A stretch of 23,669 nt of DNA, taken from the NCBI GenBank assembly GCA_963847625.1, contig CAWKAR010000005.1, positions 1 to 23,669 of the forward strand. Reading direction: 5' to 3'. The notes under the pieces are model-generated. The model ran no database searches. It saw only the letters and a list, made by a program, of their open reading frames with translations, and had not been told where the DNA came from. Numbering within the stretch: position 1 is the first letter of the stretch; each line of letters starts with the position of its first letter. The position numbers and the translations under genes were made by a program. Shown here one piece after another: positions 1 to 8,274 of this stretch. This stretch comes from a candidate division FCPU426 bacterium. GTDB taxonomy: Bacteria > Oederibacteriota > Muellerivitia > Muellerivitales > Muellerivitaceae.

Positions 1-1029
1 CCTGGCACCGGGGAACTACCTTCTGACCTACATAGTTTCGATCAACAACTTCACGCAGGCGGGGCCGATCACGAACTGCGCGGTGATGAGCGTTCCTGGG
101 GCGCTTCCCAGACAGCCTGTGCGATACTGCAGGTGACGGGGAACTACACGGTGAAAGTGGGGGTGTACAACGAGGCGGGGGAACTGGTGAAGGAACTGCT
201 GGTGACGCAGTATTCCCAGCCTTTGGTGGACCTGCAATTGACGAACGGGAACCTGATCAGCGGGTTGAACACGCCGGTGGCGATCTACGACCTGAACACG
301 CAAATCACGGTGTGGAACGGGACGGACCAGAACGGGAACCCGGTGCCCAACGGGGATTACTACGTGAAAGTGGACAATATCGACTCGTTCGGGGTGGACA
401 AGAGCGTGGTATTGAACGTGGTGGTGAGCCGTTCGCTGGAGAAAGTGACAATCGACATCTACAACGAGGCTGGGGAGATCGTGCAGACGCTGTACAGCGT
501 GGTGGAGGACCCGCAGGGGACGGTGATCACGGGGGTGAAGCTGTCAAGCACGGTATTGGAGCCCGGGTCGCCGACGGACGGGACGCTGGTGATCGCGACG
601 AACAACGGGGTGACGACGGTATGGGACGGGCACGGGTCGGGGGGGACGGTGGTGCCCAACGGGAAATACTTCATCGAGGTGCACTCGACGGACGGGAAGG
701 GCGGGGAGACGGTGATCATCACGTCGGTGGTGGTGGTGAACGGGGTGAAACAGGCGGCGCCGAGGGTGTGGGCATACCCGAACCCGGTGACGGGCGGAAC
801 GAGGCTGGTGACATTCCAGGGATCGGCGGCAGGGGTGAAGCTGATAGTGAAGATCTACGACGTGGCGGGTGAGCTGGTGACTGAACTCAATGGAGCGGGC
901 GGGACGAGCCAGGTGACCTGGAACGCGGCGGGGATCGCCAGCGGGCTCTACATCGCCAAGACCGAGCAGAGGGACGCCAACGGGTACCTGGTCGCTAGGC
1001 AGACCCTCAAGATCCTGGTGGAGCAGTAA
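1..1029 (+). CDS. 3' part of a large secreted/surface protein with three FlgD-Ig-like / C-terminal sorting-type repeats; 5'-truncated by the window; apparent 1-nt frameshift at about 107-110
   Basis: ORF 133-1029 has three repeats of (V/I)Y(N/D)xAGE(L/I)V...W(N/D)G...VPNGxY or IASGLY; the last is preceded by YPNP. Frame +2 from position 2 reads LAPGNYLLTYIVSINNFTQAGPITNCAVMSVPGALP and joins frame +1 (QTACAILQVTGNY) at a CCC run. Confidence 0.8.
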   Translation, partial: PGTGELPSDLHSFDQQLHAGGADHELRGDERSWGASQTACAILQVTGNYTVKVGVYNEAGELVKELLVTQYSQPLVDLQLTNGNLISGLNTPVAIYDLNTQITVWNGTDQNGNPVPNGDYYVKVDNIDSFGVDKSVVLNVVVSRSLEKVTIDIYNEAGEIVQTLYSVVEDPQGTVITGVKLSSTVLEPGSPTDGTLVIATNNGVTTVWDGHGSGGTVVPNGKYFIEVHSTDGKGGETVIITSVVVVNGVKQAAPRVWAYPNPVTGGTRLVTFQGSAAGVKLIVKIYDVAGELVTELNGAGGTSQVTWNAAGIASGLYIAKTEQRDANGYLVARQTLKILVEQ

Positions 1030-1343
1030 AGCCACGGGTTTTCGGGAAAAAGAAATACAATAACAATGCATTTTTTCAACTCATCAAAGATTTGTAATCC
1101 TGCCTAGGCCAGCGTTTCTTGAATTTCTCGAAATCCCTTCCGAAAATCAATCTCGGGTGAAACCCAAGCTTTCCAAGCCATCCATTGACGTAAACCGGAA
1201 TGTAGCCAAGTCACCTGGCTTGTGCACACCGCCCTAGGAATGCTATAAATATCACCCCTGTTTAAACCGTGGGTTAAAACCCATTTGAAGTGTTTCAAAA
1301 AAAAGGTGGACAGTTACCATTTAAATCATTCTAAGGAATTCCC

Positions 1344-2030
1344 ATGTCCCAAGCCTATTTCACTCCTGCTTTTTTTAAGTTCCTTCGGGAGCTACGGGCC
1401 AACAATAACCGGCCCTGGTTTCAAGCTAACAAGGAACGTTACGAGTTGGTCGTCCGAAATCCCCTGCTGGATTTCATCGGGGTGCTGGGACCCCGCCTGC
1501 GCAAAATCAGTCCGCACATCGTCGTGGACAACAGCCCGACGGGCGGTTCCATGTTCCGGATTTACCGGGACACCCGTTTTTCCAAGGACAAGACTCCCTA
1601 TAAGACCCACGCCGCGGCCCAGTTCAGGACCTCCCGCAGCCGGGATGTTCACTCCCCGGGTTATTACCTGCACCTGGAACCTGGGGAAGTCTATTCCGGG
1701 GGTGGTATCTGGCGTCCGGAGGCTCCCATCCTGGGACAGATCCGGGATTACCTGGCCTCCCACCCTTCCCGCTGGAAGGCGGTCCTGGCGGGCAAGAACT
1801 TCAAACGCCGCTGTATGATCGAGGGGGAGAAGCTCCTGAGGCCTCCAAAGGGATATCCCCCCGACCACGAACTGATCGAGTACTTGAAGTATAAGGATTT
1901 CATCTTCTTCACCCAGTTTGGCGAAAGGGACGCCTGTTCCCCGGATTTTCTGGAAAGGTACGTGGAATCCTGCGCCGCCGCCGCGCCCATGATGAAGTTT
2001 CTCGCCAATGCCTTGAAGCTCCCCTGGTGA
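1344..2030 (+). CDS. DUF2461 (TIGR02453) family protein
   Basis: 228 aa with family motifs FLRELRANNNRPWFQANK, FRIYRDTRFSKDKTPYK and PGYYLHLEPG; AAGGA ribosome-binding site upstream. Confidence 0.9.
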   Translation: MSQAYFTPAFFKFLRELRANNNRPWFQANKERYELVVRNPLLDFIGVLGPRLRKISPHIVVDNSPTGGSMFRIYRDTRFSKDKTPYKTHAAAQFRTSRSRDVHSPGYYLHLEPGEVYSGGGIWRPEAPILGQIRDYLASHPSRWKAVLAGKNFKRRCMIEGEKLLRPPKGYPPDHELIEYLKYKDFIFFTQFGERDACSPDFLERYVESCAAAAPMMKFLANALKLPW

Positions 2031-2146
2031 AAAACATTTCGAATCCCGATTTCGCGCGTTCAGATATATGAAGAAATCCAATCTGAAAAAGTTCCCGCGA
2101 TTTTTATTTCAAAACTTTAAATTCAACCTGCCGGGTTGGGCTTGAC

Positions 2147-3130
2147 ATGGCTAAACACAGGAGCCTACCCCAGCCTTTTCTCGATAAGCTCCGGAAAATC
2201 ATCCCTGCCGGACAATGGGACATGGCCCTCAAGGCCTTCGCGCGGGAAAAACCCACCACCTTTCGGGTAAACTCCCTGAAATCCAGCGCCGGCCCCGTCA
2301 AGGAACATCTCGAGTCCCAAGGCCTCAAGATCGAGAACGTGCCCTGGTACAAGGACGCCTTTATCCTGAGAAAAGGTTCCCAAAGGGACTTGGAGGGAAC
2401 AGAGGTTTATCAAAACGGGGAAATCTATGTGCAGGGACTCTCCGGCATGATCCCCCCCTTGGTCCTGAGTCCTCAACCGGGTGAAAAAGTCCTGGACCTG
2501 ACCGCCGCCCCGGGCAGCAAGACCACCCAGTTGGCGGCCCTGATGAAAGGCGTGGGGTCTGTCACCGCCAACGACGACAATCCCATCCGGACGGAAAAAT
2601 TGAAAGCTAATATCCGAAACCAAGGCGCCGCCAACGTGTCCGTGCTTTCCCCGGGGGACGGGGGTTTGGTCTGGAAAACCCACATCGAGGCTTTTGACCG
2701 GGTGCTCTTGGACGCCCCCTGCAGTTCGGAGGGGCGGTTCCTTTTGGAGGTTCCCTCCACCTACGGCTATTGGCGGGAAGGCGCCAACCGCAGGATGGCG
2801 AAGGATCAAAGGCGCCTTTTCAAGTCGGCTTTCCTCTGCCTCAAGCCCGGGGGAACGATGGTTTATTCCACCTGCACTTTCGCGCCCGAGGAAAACGAGG
2901 GAGTCCTGCAATGGGCCCTTGACACTTTCACGGACGCGGTGGAATTGGAGGAAATCCCGCTCCCTCTCCCTCCTTACACCCGGGGCCTGGGTGGATGGGC
3001 GGGTTTGAAATTCCACTCCTCGGTGGTAAAGTCGGTGCGGATCTTGCCGTCCCCGGTGCTCGAGGGTTTCTTCGTGGCCCGGATTCGGAAGACCCAATCG
3101 GCACCACCGCCCAGCGCGGGGAAAGGTTGA
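2147..3130 (+). CDS. RsmB/RsmF/NOL1/NOP2 family RNA cytosine-C5 methyltransferase
   Basis: Motif I VLDLTAAPGSKT, motif IV LLDAPCS, motif VI VYSTCT...ENEGV and C-terminal GFFVA; 327 aa, catalytic core only. Confidence 0.93.
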   Translation: MAKHRSLPQPFLDKLRKIIPAGQWDMALKAFAREKPTTFRVNSLKSSAGPVKEHLESQGLKIENVPWYKDAFILRKGSQRDLEGTEVYQNGEIYVQGLSGMIPPLVLSPQPGEKVLDLTAAPGSKTTQLAALMKGVGSVTANDDNPIRTEKLKANIRNQGAANVSVLSPGDGGLVWKTHIEAFDRVLLDAPCSSEGRFLLEVPSTYGYWREGANRRMAKDQRRLFKSAFLCLKPGGTMVYSTCTFAPEENEGVLQWALDTFTDAVELEEIPLPLPPYTRGLGGWAGLKFHSSVVKSVRILPSPVLEGFFVARIRKTQSAPPPSAGKG

Positions 3131-3133
3131 ACC

Positions 3134-3589
3134 ATGAGACGAGAACTTCGCTTTCAAACACTGGACGACGCGAGGGCCGAGTTGGGCCGGTTGGAAAAAG
3201 GACCTGTGGAAACCACCGGCAATTGGTCCTATTTCCAAATCCTCACCCACTGCGGCAAGGCCATCGAGGCCAGCATGACTTCCTTTTCCTCCTTAAAACC
3301 CTGGTACCTGCGCGGGTTCGTCGGCCCATTCGCCTTGAGAAAACTGTTCAAACAGGGTTTCATCCCCGCGGGTGTGGGCGTTCACGCGAAGGGCGTCAAG
3401 GCCGAGCGCGTGGAGGGTGATGAGAAGGCCGCCATGGCAAGATTGCGCAAGGCGATGGACGATTTCCAAAGTCATGAGGGTCCCTGGGCGGAACACCCTT
3501 TTTTCGGGAAACTCGACAAGAAGAAGTGGACGCTACTGACTGCCCTGCACCTGGCCAACCACCTGGGTTTTGCTAAGCCGAAGGGATAA
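3134..3589 (+). CDS. DUF1569 (DinB-like fold) protein
   Basis: RRELRF..L, GNWS..QILTHC and HPFFGKL....W...H.ANHLGF; starts 3 nt after the previous stop. Confidence 0.85.
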   Translation: MRRELRFQTLDDARAELGRLEKGPVETTGNWSYFQILTHCGKAIEASMTSFSSLKPWYLRGFVGPFALRKLFKQGFIPAGVGVHAKGVKAERVEGDEKAAMARLRKAMDDFQSHEGPWAEHPFFGKLDKKKWTLLTALHLANHLGFAKPKG

Positions 3590-4307
3590 CCCATCCCTTA
3601 CGATTATTCCCGCCGGGTCATTACGGTCATCAGAATGTCGGAACGATGTTAGTAGTCATCCCCCCCTACAAACGGCTGGTGAGTCCCAAAAATCGGCTTT
3701 TCGGGCGCAAGGGGTGGAAATAACCGAAAATCGTGGGATTATTGCTTCATAAGCAGAGCAAACAAACAATTAAGTTTTCATTCCATTTCTGCATTGGGGC
3801 AAGAAAATGAGTAACAGGGAAGGTTTATCACCCAAGAAGCCACGGAATCCCACGGGTTACCAGGCGCAAAAACGGTCGAAAGACCCGGTATTGCCCCGCG
3901 TTCCTTTTTGTTTCTTTTCCATCAAAAAGATGGAGTCCTCGATCAAACGCCCAAGAGTTAAAAATGGGCTTAGAATGAAGAAAGGTATTTCATTTTCTCA
4001 GATGGACCCCCGGCCTCGGGTAATTCATACCCTTCAGATCGAACCGCCCGGCATGCCCCGCATGCTGGTAACCATGGGCAAGACTTCCCTCTTTATTCTG
4101 TTCAATTAAATTCCGGCTTTAATTCCCTGGTTTGATTTTTTCCCTTTACAAACCTTACAGGTTGCATGATTTCTCAACCCATCCCACCCCGTCCATCCGC
4201 TTGTTGACTTTCAGAGCAATCTTCCTGATGATCCTTAGGCGTTCAACAGCTAGGATGTCGTCATTCAGAGTTTCTCCGATATCCTAGGATAAAGAGGGGG
4301 TACATCC

Positions 4308-5060
4308 ATGAGACTGACAGGCCGCACTATATTGATCACAGGCGGAAGCTCGGGAATCGGAAAGGGCCTTGCCCAGGCCTTCCACGAGCGGGGTAACCAA
4401 GTTATCATCACGGGCCGGCGGGAGAAAATGCTGGCGGAGACCGCCAAGCGGTTCAAGGGCATGGAGGCCTTCGCGATGGACGTGAGCAAGGAGGCGGACG
4501 TCCGGCGGCTTTTAGCCTCCGTCTCGAAAAAATACCCCGCCCTGGACGTTCTCATCAACAACGCGGGCATCATGCGGTATCCGGATTTTTCCAAACCCGA
4601 GTCCCTGGGGGACGGATTGTTCGATGAGGTGGAAACCAACCTCAAGGGGCTCATTCGGATGACAGCGTTCTTTTTACCCCTGCTCCTAAGACAAAAAGAA
4701 GCCACCTTGATCAACGTCAGCTCGGGGCTGGCCTATGTGCCCCTGGCTTTCACTCCCATCTACTGCGGCACCAAGGCGGCGGTGCATTCTTTCACCGACT
4801 CCCTGCGGCACCAGCTTCGAAAGACTGCGGTCCAGGTGGTTGAGATCGCGCCACCGGGAGTGGAAACCGGACTGGGCAAGGCGCCAGGACGGCCGGACGG
4901 CGGTTATCGGGGAATGGAGCTGGGCGCTTTTATTGCTAAAACCATGAAGGCCTTGAAAACGAACAAGGGGGAACTGCCAATCGCCCAGGCTAAATTCTTG
5001 AAGCTGGGAGCCCGCTTGGCCCCTTCTCGCTTCTTCAGAATGTTGAACCCTTCTAAATGA
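4308..5060 (+). CDS. Short-chain dehydrogenase/reductase (DltE-like)
   Basis: TGGSSGIG Rossmann motif, LINNAG, NVSSGLA and catalytic YCGTK; GAGGGGG ribosome-binding site. Confidence 0.93.
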   Translation: MRLTGRTILITGGSSGIGKGLAQAFHERGNQVIITGRREKMLAETAKRFKGMEAFAMDVSKEADVRRLLASVSKKYPALDVLINNAGIMRYPDFSKPESLGDGLFDEVETNLKGLIRMTAFFLPLLLRQKEATLINVSSGLAYVPLAFTPIYCGTKAAVHSFTDSLRHQLRKTAVQVVEIAPPGVETGLGKAPGRPDGGYRGMELGAFIAKTMKALKTNKGELPIAQAKFLKLGARLAPSRFFRMLNPSK

Positions 5061-5116
5061 GATTGAGCCGCTTCATGAATCCTTGATATTCATTCCATAA
5101 AACTCATGACTGCCTG

Positions 5117-5446
5117 TTAGTTCGTATCATGGATGTGGAAGAATTCCTGCAGGTCAAGCAACTCCAAAAGTTTGTTCATATCCGGGTTCAGGTTAATAAA
5201 TTTGATATCGCCGTTTTTCTTTCGAAAACTCCATTTCATGGCCAGCAGAAAGCCGAACCCCGCGCTGGAGACATAGGTTAAATTCTTGGCGTCCAATATC
5301 AACTTATAGTTTCCCCTATTCATGAATTCCTGGAACTTGTTCTCGAAAGCATCCAACGTATTGATACCCAGCGTCCCATCGACAGAAACGATAATGACGG
5401 AAGAATCGCCTTCCGCCGGCTTGCTGGATATTAAGAGTTGTTCCAT
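5117..5446 (-). CDS. STAS-domain anti-sigma-factor antagonist
   Basis: LILDAKNLTYVSSAGFG motif carries the phospho-acceptor Ser; ATG at 5446 follows GGAGAA, so it is preferred over the 5515 start. Confidence 0.88.
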   Translation of the reverse strand: MEQLLISSKPAEGDSSVIIVSVDGTLGINTLDAFENKFQEFMNRGNYKLILDAKNLTYVSSAGFGFLLAMKWSFRKKNGDIKFINLNPDMNKLLELLDLQEFFHIHDTN

Positions 5447-5709
5447 CAAATTCTCCAAGGTTCTTTTTACACAGGTACGTATATGGAATAAAAGCAAGCC
5501 GCGTGCCAATGACAATGCTTGAAAATCCTTGTTTTTCGAGGGTTGAATGATTATAAAATTTTTAGAAAATCAAAATTTATACAAAATGGGTATTAAAGGG
5601 TCTTTGGTGCGCTTTTCATTGAAGCCTCTCCCCTGGTTAAAGCATTGTGATGGTTGGCGGATTTTAAGAAAATGCCGTAATCCTTTGAAACTTAACCGGG
5701 AGATATGGA

Positions 5710-5737
5710 TTGTCCCTCAAAGGAATTTGGGTACAAT
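5710..5737 (+). promoter_or_regulatory. Putative sigma70 promoter of the tRNA-Ser pair
   Basis: TTGTCC-16 nt-TACAAT followed by GC-rich GTGTCCCCC, about 50 nt upstream of the first tRNA. Confidence 0.5.
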
Positions 5738-5788
5738 GTGTCCCCCTGATAAGAGTGGCGAAAAAAGGGTAAAATCCAATTAATAGGT

Positions 5789-5875
5789 GGAGGGTTAGTC
5801 CTAATTGGTAAGGCAGTGGACTTGAAATCCACCGGGGGAAACCCCTTGCAGGTTCGAGTCCTGCACCCTCCGCCA
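5789..5875 (+). tRNA. tRNA-Ser, anticodon UGA
   Basis: Acceptor stem GGAGGGT/ACCCTCC plus G-CCA; anticodon arm GTGGA-CT(TGA)AA-TCCAC; long variable arm GGGG-GAAA-CCCC; T arm GCAGG-TTCGAGT-CCTGC. Confidence 0.97.
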
Positions 5876-6000
5876 ATTAATGAAGGACGAGAACCTGGGG
5901 TTCATAGGGGCGCAGCCCTTATGGACTTGAAAGAGGGGTACACAGGGGGATTTTCCACTGTGAGCACGGAGTGCGGTTTGATGTCCTGCACCCTCCGCCA
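5876..6000 (+). repeat. tRNA-linked palindromic module 1, ending in an 18-bp copy of the tRNA-Ser(UGA) 3' end
   Basis: GTCCTGCACCCTCCGCCA occurs at 5858-5875 and 5983-6000; three internal hairpins; 5941-5978 matches 6245-6282 at 32/38. Confidence 0.85.
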
Positions 6001-6080
6001 AAATATTAATAATCGAAGGCTTTTTCCAGGCGACATCGGTTCAATAGGTCCGTCGCCGGGTAATCAAATTTTAAACTTGT

Positions 6081-6172
6081 GGAGAGGTGGCCGAGCGGCT
6101 TAAGGCGACGGTTTGCTAAACCGTTGGAGGGGTAATACCCTCTCGAGGGTTCGAATCCCTCCCTCTCCGCCA
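6081..6172 (+). tRNA. tRNA-Ser, anticodon GCU
   Basis: Acceptor stem GGAGAGG/CCTCTCC plus G-CCA; anticodon arm ACGGT-TT(GCT)AA-ACCGT; long variable arm; T arm GAGGG-TTCGAAT-CCCTC. Confidence 0.97.
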
Positions 6173-6303
6173 ATAATAGTTCAATAAAAAAGATTCGAAC
6201 CCGGGGGGGCGCGGGGGTGGGCCCCCGCGATTGGATTGGGGTCACACAGGGGGAACTTCCCCTGTGAGCGCGAAGCGCGGTTCGAATCCCTCCCTCTCCG
6301 CCA
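6173..6303 (+). repeat. tRNA-linked palindromic module 2, ending in a 25-bp copy of the tRNA-Ser(GCU) 3' end
   Basis: GGTTCGAATCCCTCCCTCTCCGCCA occurs at 6148-6172 and 6279-6303; GATTCGAACC (6192-6201) is the inverted T-loop; three internal hairpins. Confidence 0.88.
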
Positions 6304-6468
6304 TTATTTAGAAGCCGTTTTAATGGTGGAACCCTACCGATAGAAGGTCCGGCTTTAAGCTCCTACCATGTCTGGTGCTTAATTCGCATACACCCCTTAT
6401 TTCCTTTTTCATCGGCTTTTATATGAGTAAAATATACTTAAACCAAATAAACACTGTCGGAGACCCAT

Positions 6469-7062
6469 TTGAACGCCCTTAAACAACACCTTACTTTTCT
6501 TGTGGTTTTCGGATTAGTTCTTATTTTGTTGCCCGCCTGCGGTAATAAGAACGCTGTTAAAAGCCAAAAAGCCAGCGAAACTGTTTTAAACTCCAACCCC
6601 ACTCCCTCCTCCCAATCCAATACCTGGGTTGACATTGGAATGCCCGAGCAAACAAAAAAGACTGAAGCTGTTCCCCGTTCTTACGTGGAAAAAATAAAAA
6701 ACGAAGTCCAACCTGAGGCTCCCAGTCTAGCCGCTGCCCCCAATTCCATCAGTGTCACAGCCATGGTACCCACTCCTATTCCAACGGTTGAGAGCGTCCC
6801 AGTTAAAAATACAACCATGGAGAATACCGCACCGGTGAAAAAGAATGTCGGCGCTTACATCCTGTTATGGTTATTGGTCATACTTGCTTTAGGGGGCGCC
6901 GGTTATTACTTTTGGTCTAAAACCCGCATTGAGGAACATCCCCTCCAACCTCAAAAACCCCTGGGCGGGCTTTCACCTGTCAGCGGTTTTACCGCCATCC
7001 GGGGTCAACTCGAAAAGAAAAGAAACACCCAAAAGTCTTTTTGGTTAAAAAAGATCTTTTAA
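6469..7062 (+). CDS. Hypothetical lipoprotein with a Pro/Thr-rich linker and a C-terminal transmembrane helix
   Basis: Hydrophobic N-terminus ending in lipobox LPAC; TM segment YILLWLLVILALGGAGYYFW; TTG start is uncertain. Confidence 0.7.
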   Translation: MNALKQHLTFLVVFGLVLILLPACGNKNAVKSQKASETVLNSNPTPSSQSNTWVDIGMPEQTKKTEAVPRSYVEKIKNEVQPEAPSLAAAPNSISVTAMVPTPIPTVESVPVKNTTMENTAPVKKNVGAYILLWLLVILALGGAGYYFWSKTRIEEHPLQPQKPLGGLSPVSGFTAIRGQLEKKRNTQKSFWLKKIF

Positions 7063-7083
7063 TTTACCCCGGTTTTTCCCCAC

Positions 7084-7713
7084 ATGCCAACCTTGGTAGA
7101 ACCTGATCGTTACCTGGAAATCCTTAAACCCGACCGCTGTCCCATTTGTTTTCTCGTTCAAGACTATGTTCAAGGCCATTTAAGGTCCGTTTTGGACGAA
7201 TGCGCCACGGATCCCGTAACCCGAGAATCCCTTTTTAAATCCAAGGGTTTCTGCCGCCTCCATGCTTGGCAAGCGGTGGGTATGCGCAAGAGTTTGGCGT
7301 TGGGGCTTATTTATGACAGCCTCCTGAAAAAAGGGCTCCACGATTTACCGAACCTCCCCCGATTTTGGTCCAAGAAAAAAACCTGCCTCATCTGTGAATC
7401 CGAGCAAAAATGCGACGAGGCCTTTTCCAGGCAATTTGCTCTCAGTTGGGTCCATTCCGAAAAAATGCGGTCATCATTTACGGATCATGGAATTCTTTGC
7501 CAACCCCATTTGGAAAAAACAGTCTCAAGAAGAATGAACCGTTCATTGCGGAAAAGTCTTTGCGAAGCCGGGAAAAAAGCTTTAGAACGTGTTTTAAAAG
7601 ATTTAAATGAATTCTTGGCAAAACAAGATTATCATCGTTCCGCTGAGCCCCTGGGCGCGGAATGGGACGCCTGGGTCGAGGCTGTTCGCTTGGTGAACGG
7701 TGAAAGGGTTTAG
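7084..7713 (+). CDS. DUF6062 family Cys/His-rich protein
   Basis: Duplicated CxxC...CxxH modules (CPIC...GFCRLH; CLIC...ILCQPH) and C-terminal DYH...W. Confidence 0.75.
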   Translation: MPTLVEPDRYLEILKPDRCPICFLVQDYVQGHLRSVLDECATDPVTRESLFKSKGFCRLHAWQAVGMRKSLALGLIYDSLLKKGLHDLPNLPRFWSKKKTCLICESEQKCDEAFSRQFALSWVHSEKMRSSFTDHGILCQPHLEKTVSRRMNRSLRKSLCEAGKKALERVLKDLNEFLAKQDYHRSAEPLGAEWDAWVEAVRLVNGERV

Positions 7714-7716
7714 GCC

Positions 7717-8157
7717 ATGGCAGACTTTCAAAACTATAAAGACAACCGGGATTGGGGAATCACGGATTACTATTTCATTGACCTGGTTTTGATGCTGGCT
7801 TCCTCCGCGAAAATAGACCTTGGGGAGCTCATCCATCCCTATTACAAGGATAAGGACGTCAACTTGGCAAGAGCCCGCATTACCATCAACATGATCTCAT
7901 CCCTGATTAAGAAGACTTCCGGTAATTTGAACCTTGAGGAAAAAAAAGTTTTGCGGGAGGTTCTCGACGATATTCAAAAAACCTACGTGGATAAAACCAA
8001 AGAAAACGCTAAAACCAATAATTTAGTCTCGTTCCAGTCTTCTCAATCCCGCCCTTTGATTCCCGCTCCTCCGAATGCCGCCCCCAAGACGGATATAAAA
8101 GAATGGATTCACCTCGTGCAGCAGGAAATCGCCAAAAAAAAACAGAATCAAAAATAA
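7717..8157 (+). CDS. DUF1844 domain protein
   Basis: F..LV.MLAS.A...LGE..HP and LARAR.TI.M...L..KT.GNL..EE...L...L....YV pattern. Confidence 0.8.
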   Translation: MADFQNYKDNRDWGITDYYFIDLVLMLASSAKIDLGELIHPYYKDKDVNLARARITINMISSLIKKTSGNLNLEEKKVLREVLDDIQKTYVDKTKENAKTNNLVSFQSSQSRPLIPAPPNAAPKTDIKEWIHLVQQEIAKKKQNQK

Positions 8158-8274
8158 TATAGTGTCTTTTACTTAAAAGCCGCTTACATTTCCCTGCCTC
8201 TTCATCACCTCTTTCCATGGGATGATGCTTTTATTAAATAAGGAAAAAAAGGGGCCTTTTTTTGGGGTAATGAT

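Noticed and set aside
3590..4300. ORF 3807-4109 or a decayed minus-strand gene in this 700-bp gap
   Set aside because: No recognisable motif; the minus-strand frames are interrupted by stops. BLASTX would be needed.
5876..6000. Third tRNA or tRNA pseudogene (contains TGGACTTGAAA, identical to 5817-5827, and a CCA end)
   Set aside because: No 5' acceptor strand or D arm; the anticodon-like match has no counterpart in module 2 and may be chance.
5664..6245. Short ORFs overlapping the tRNAs (MAEGAGLEPA..., ...AEREGFEPS...)
   Set aside because: Typical antisense translations of tRNA genes.
5858..6303. Prophage or genomic-island attL/attR pair
   Set aside because: The duplications enclose only about 107 bp, no integrase is present, and I saw no further copy of either tRNA end in the window.
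8244..8263. Terminator A7-GGGGCC-T7 between convergent genes
   Set aside because: Position fits, but there is almost no GC stem or loop, so it is too weak to call.
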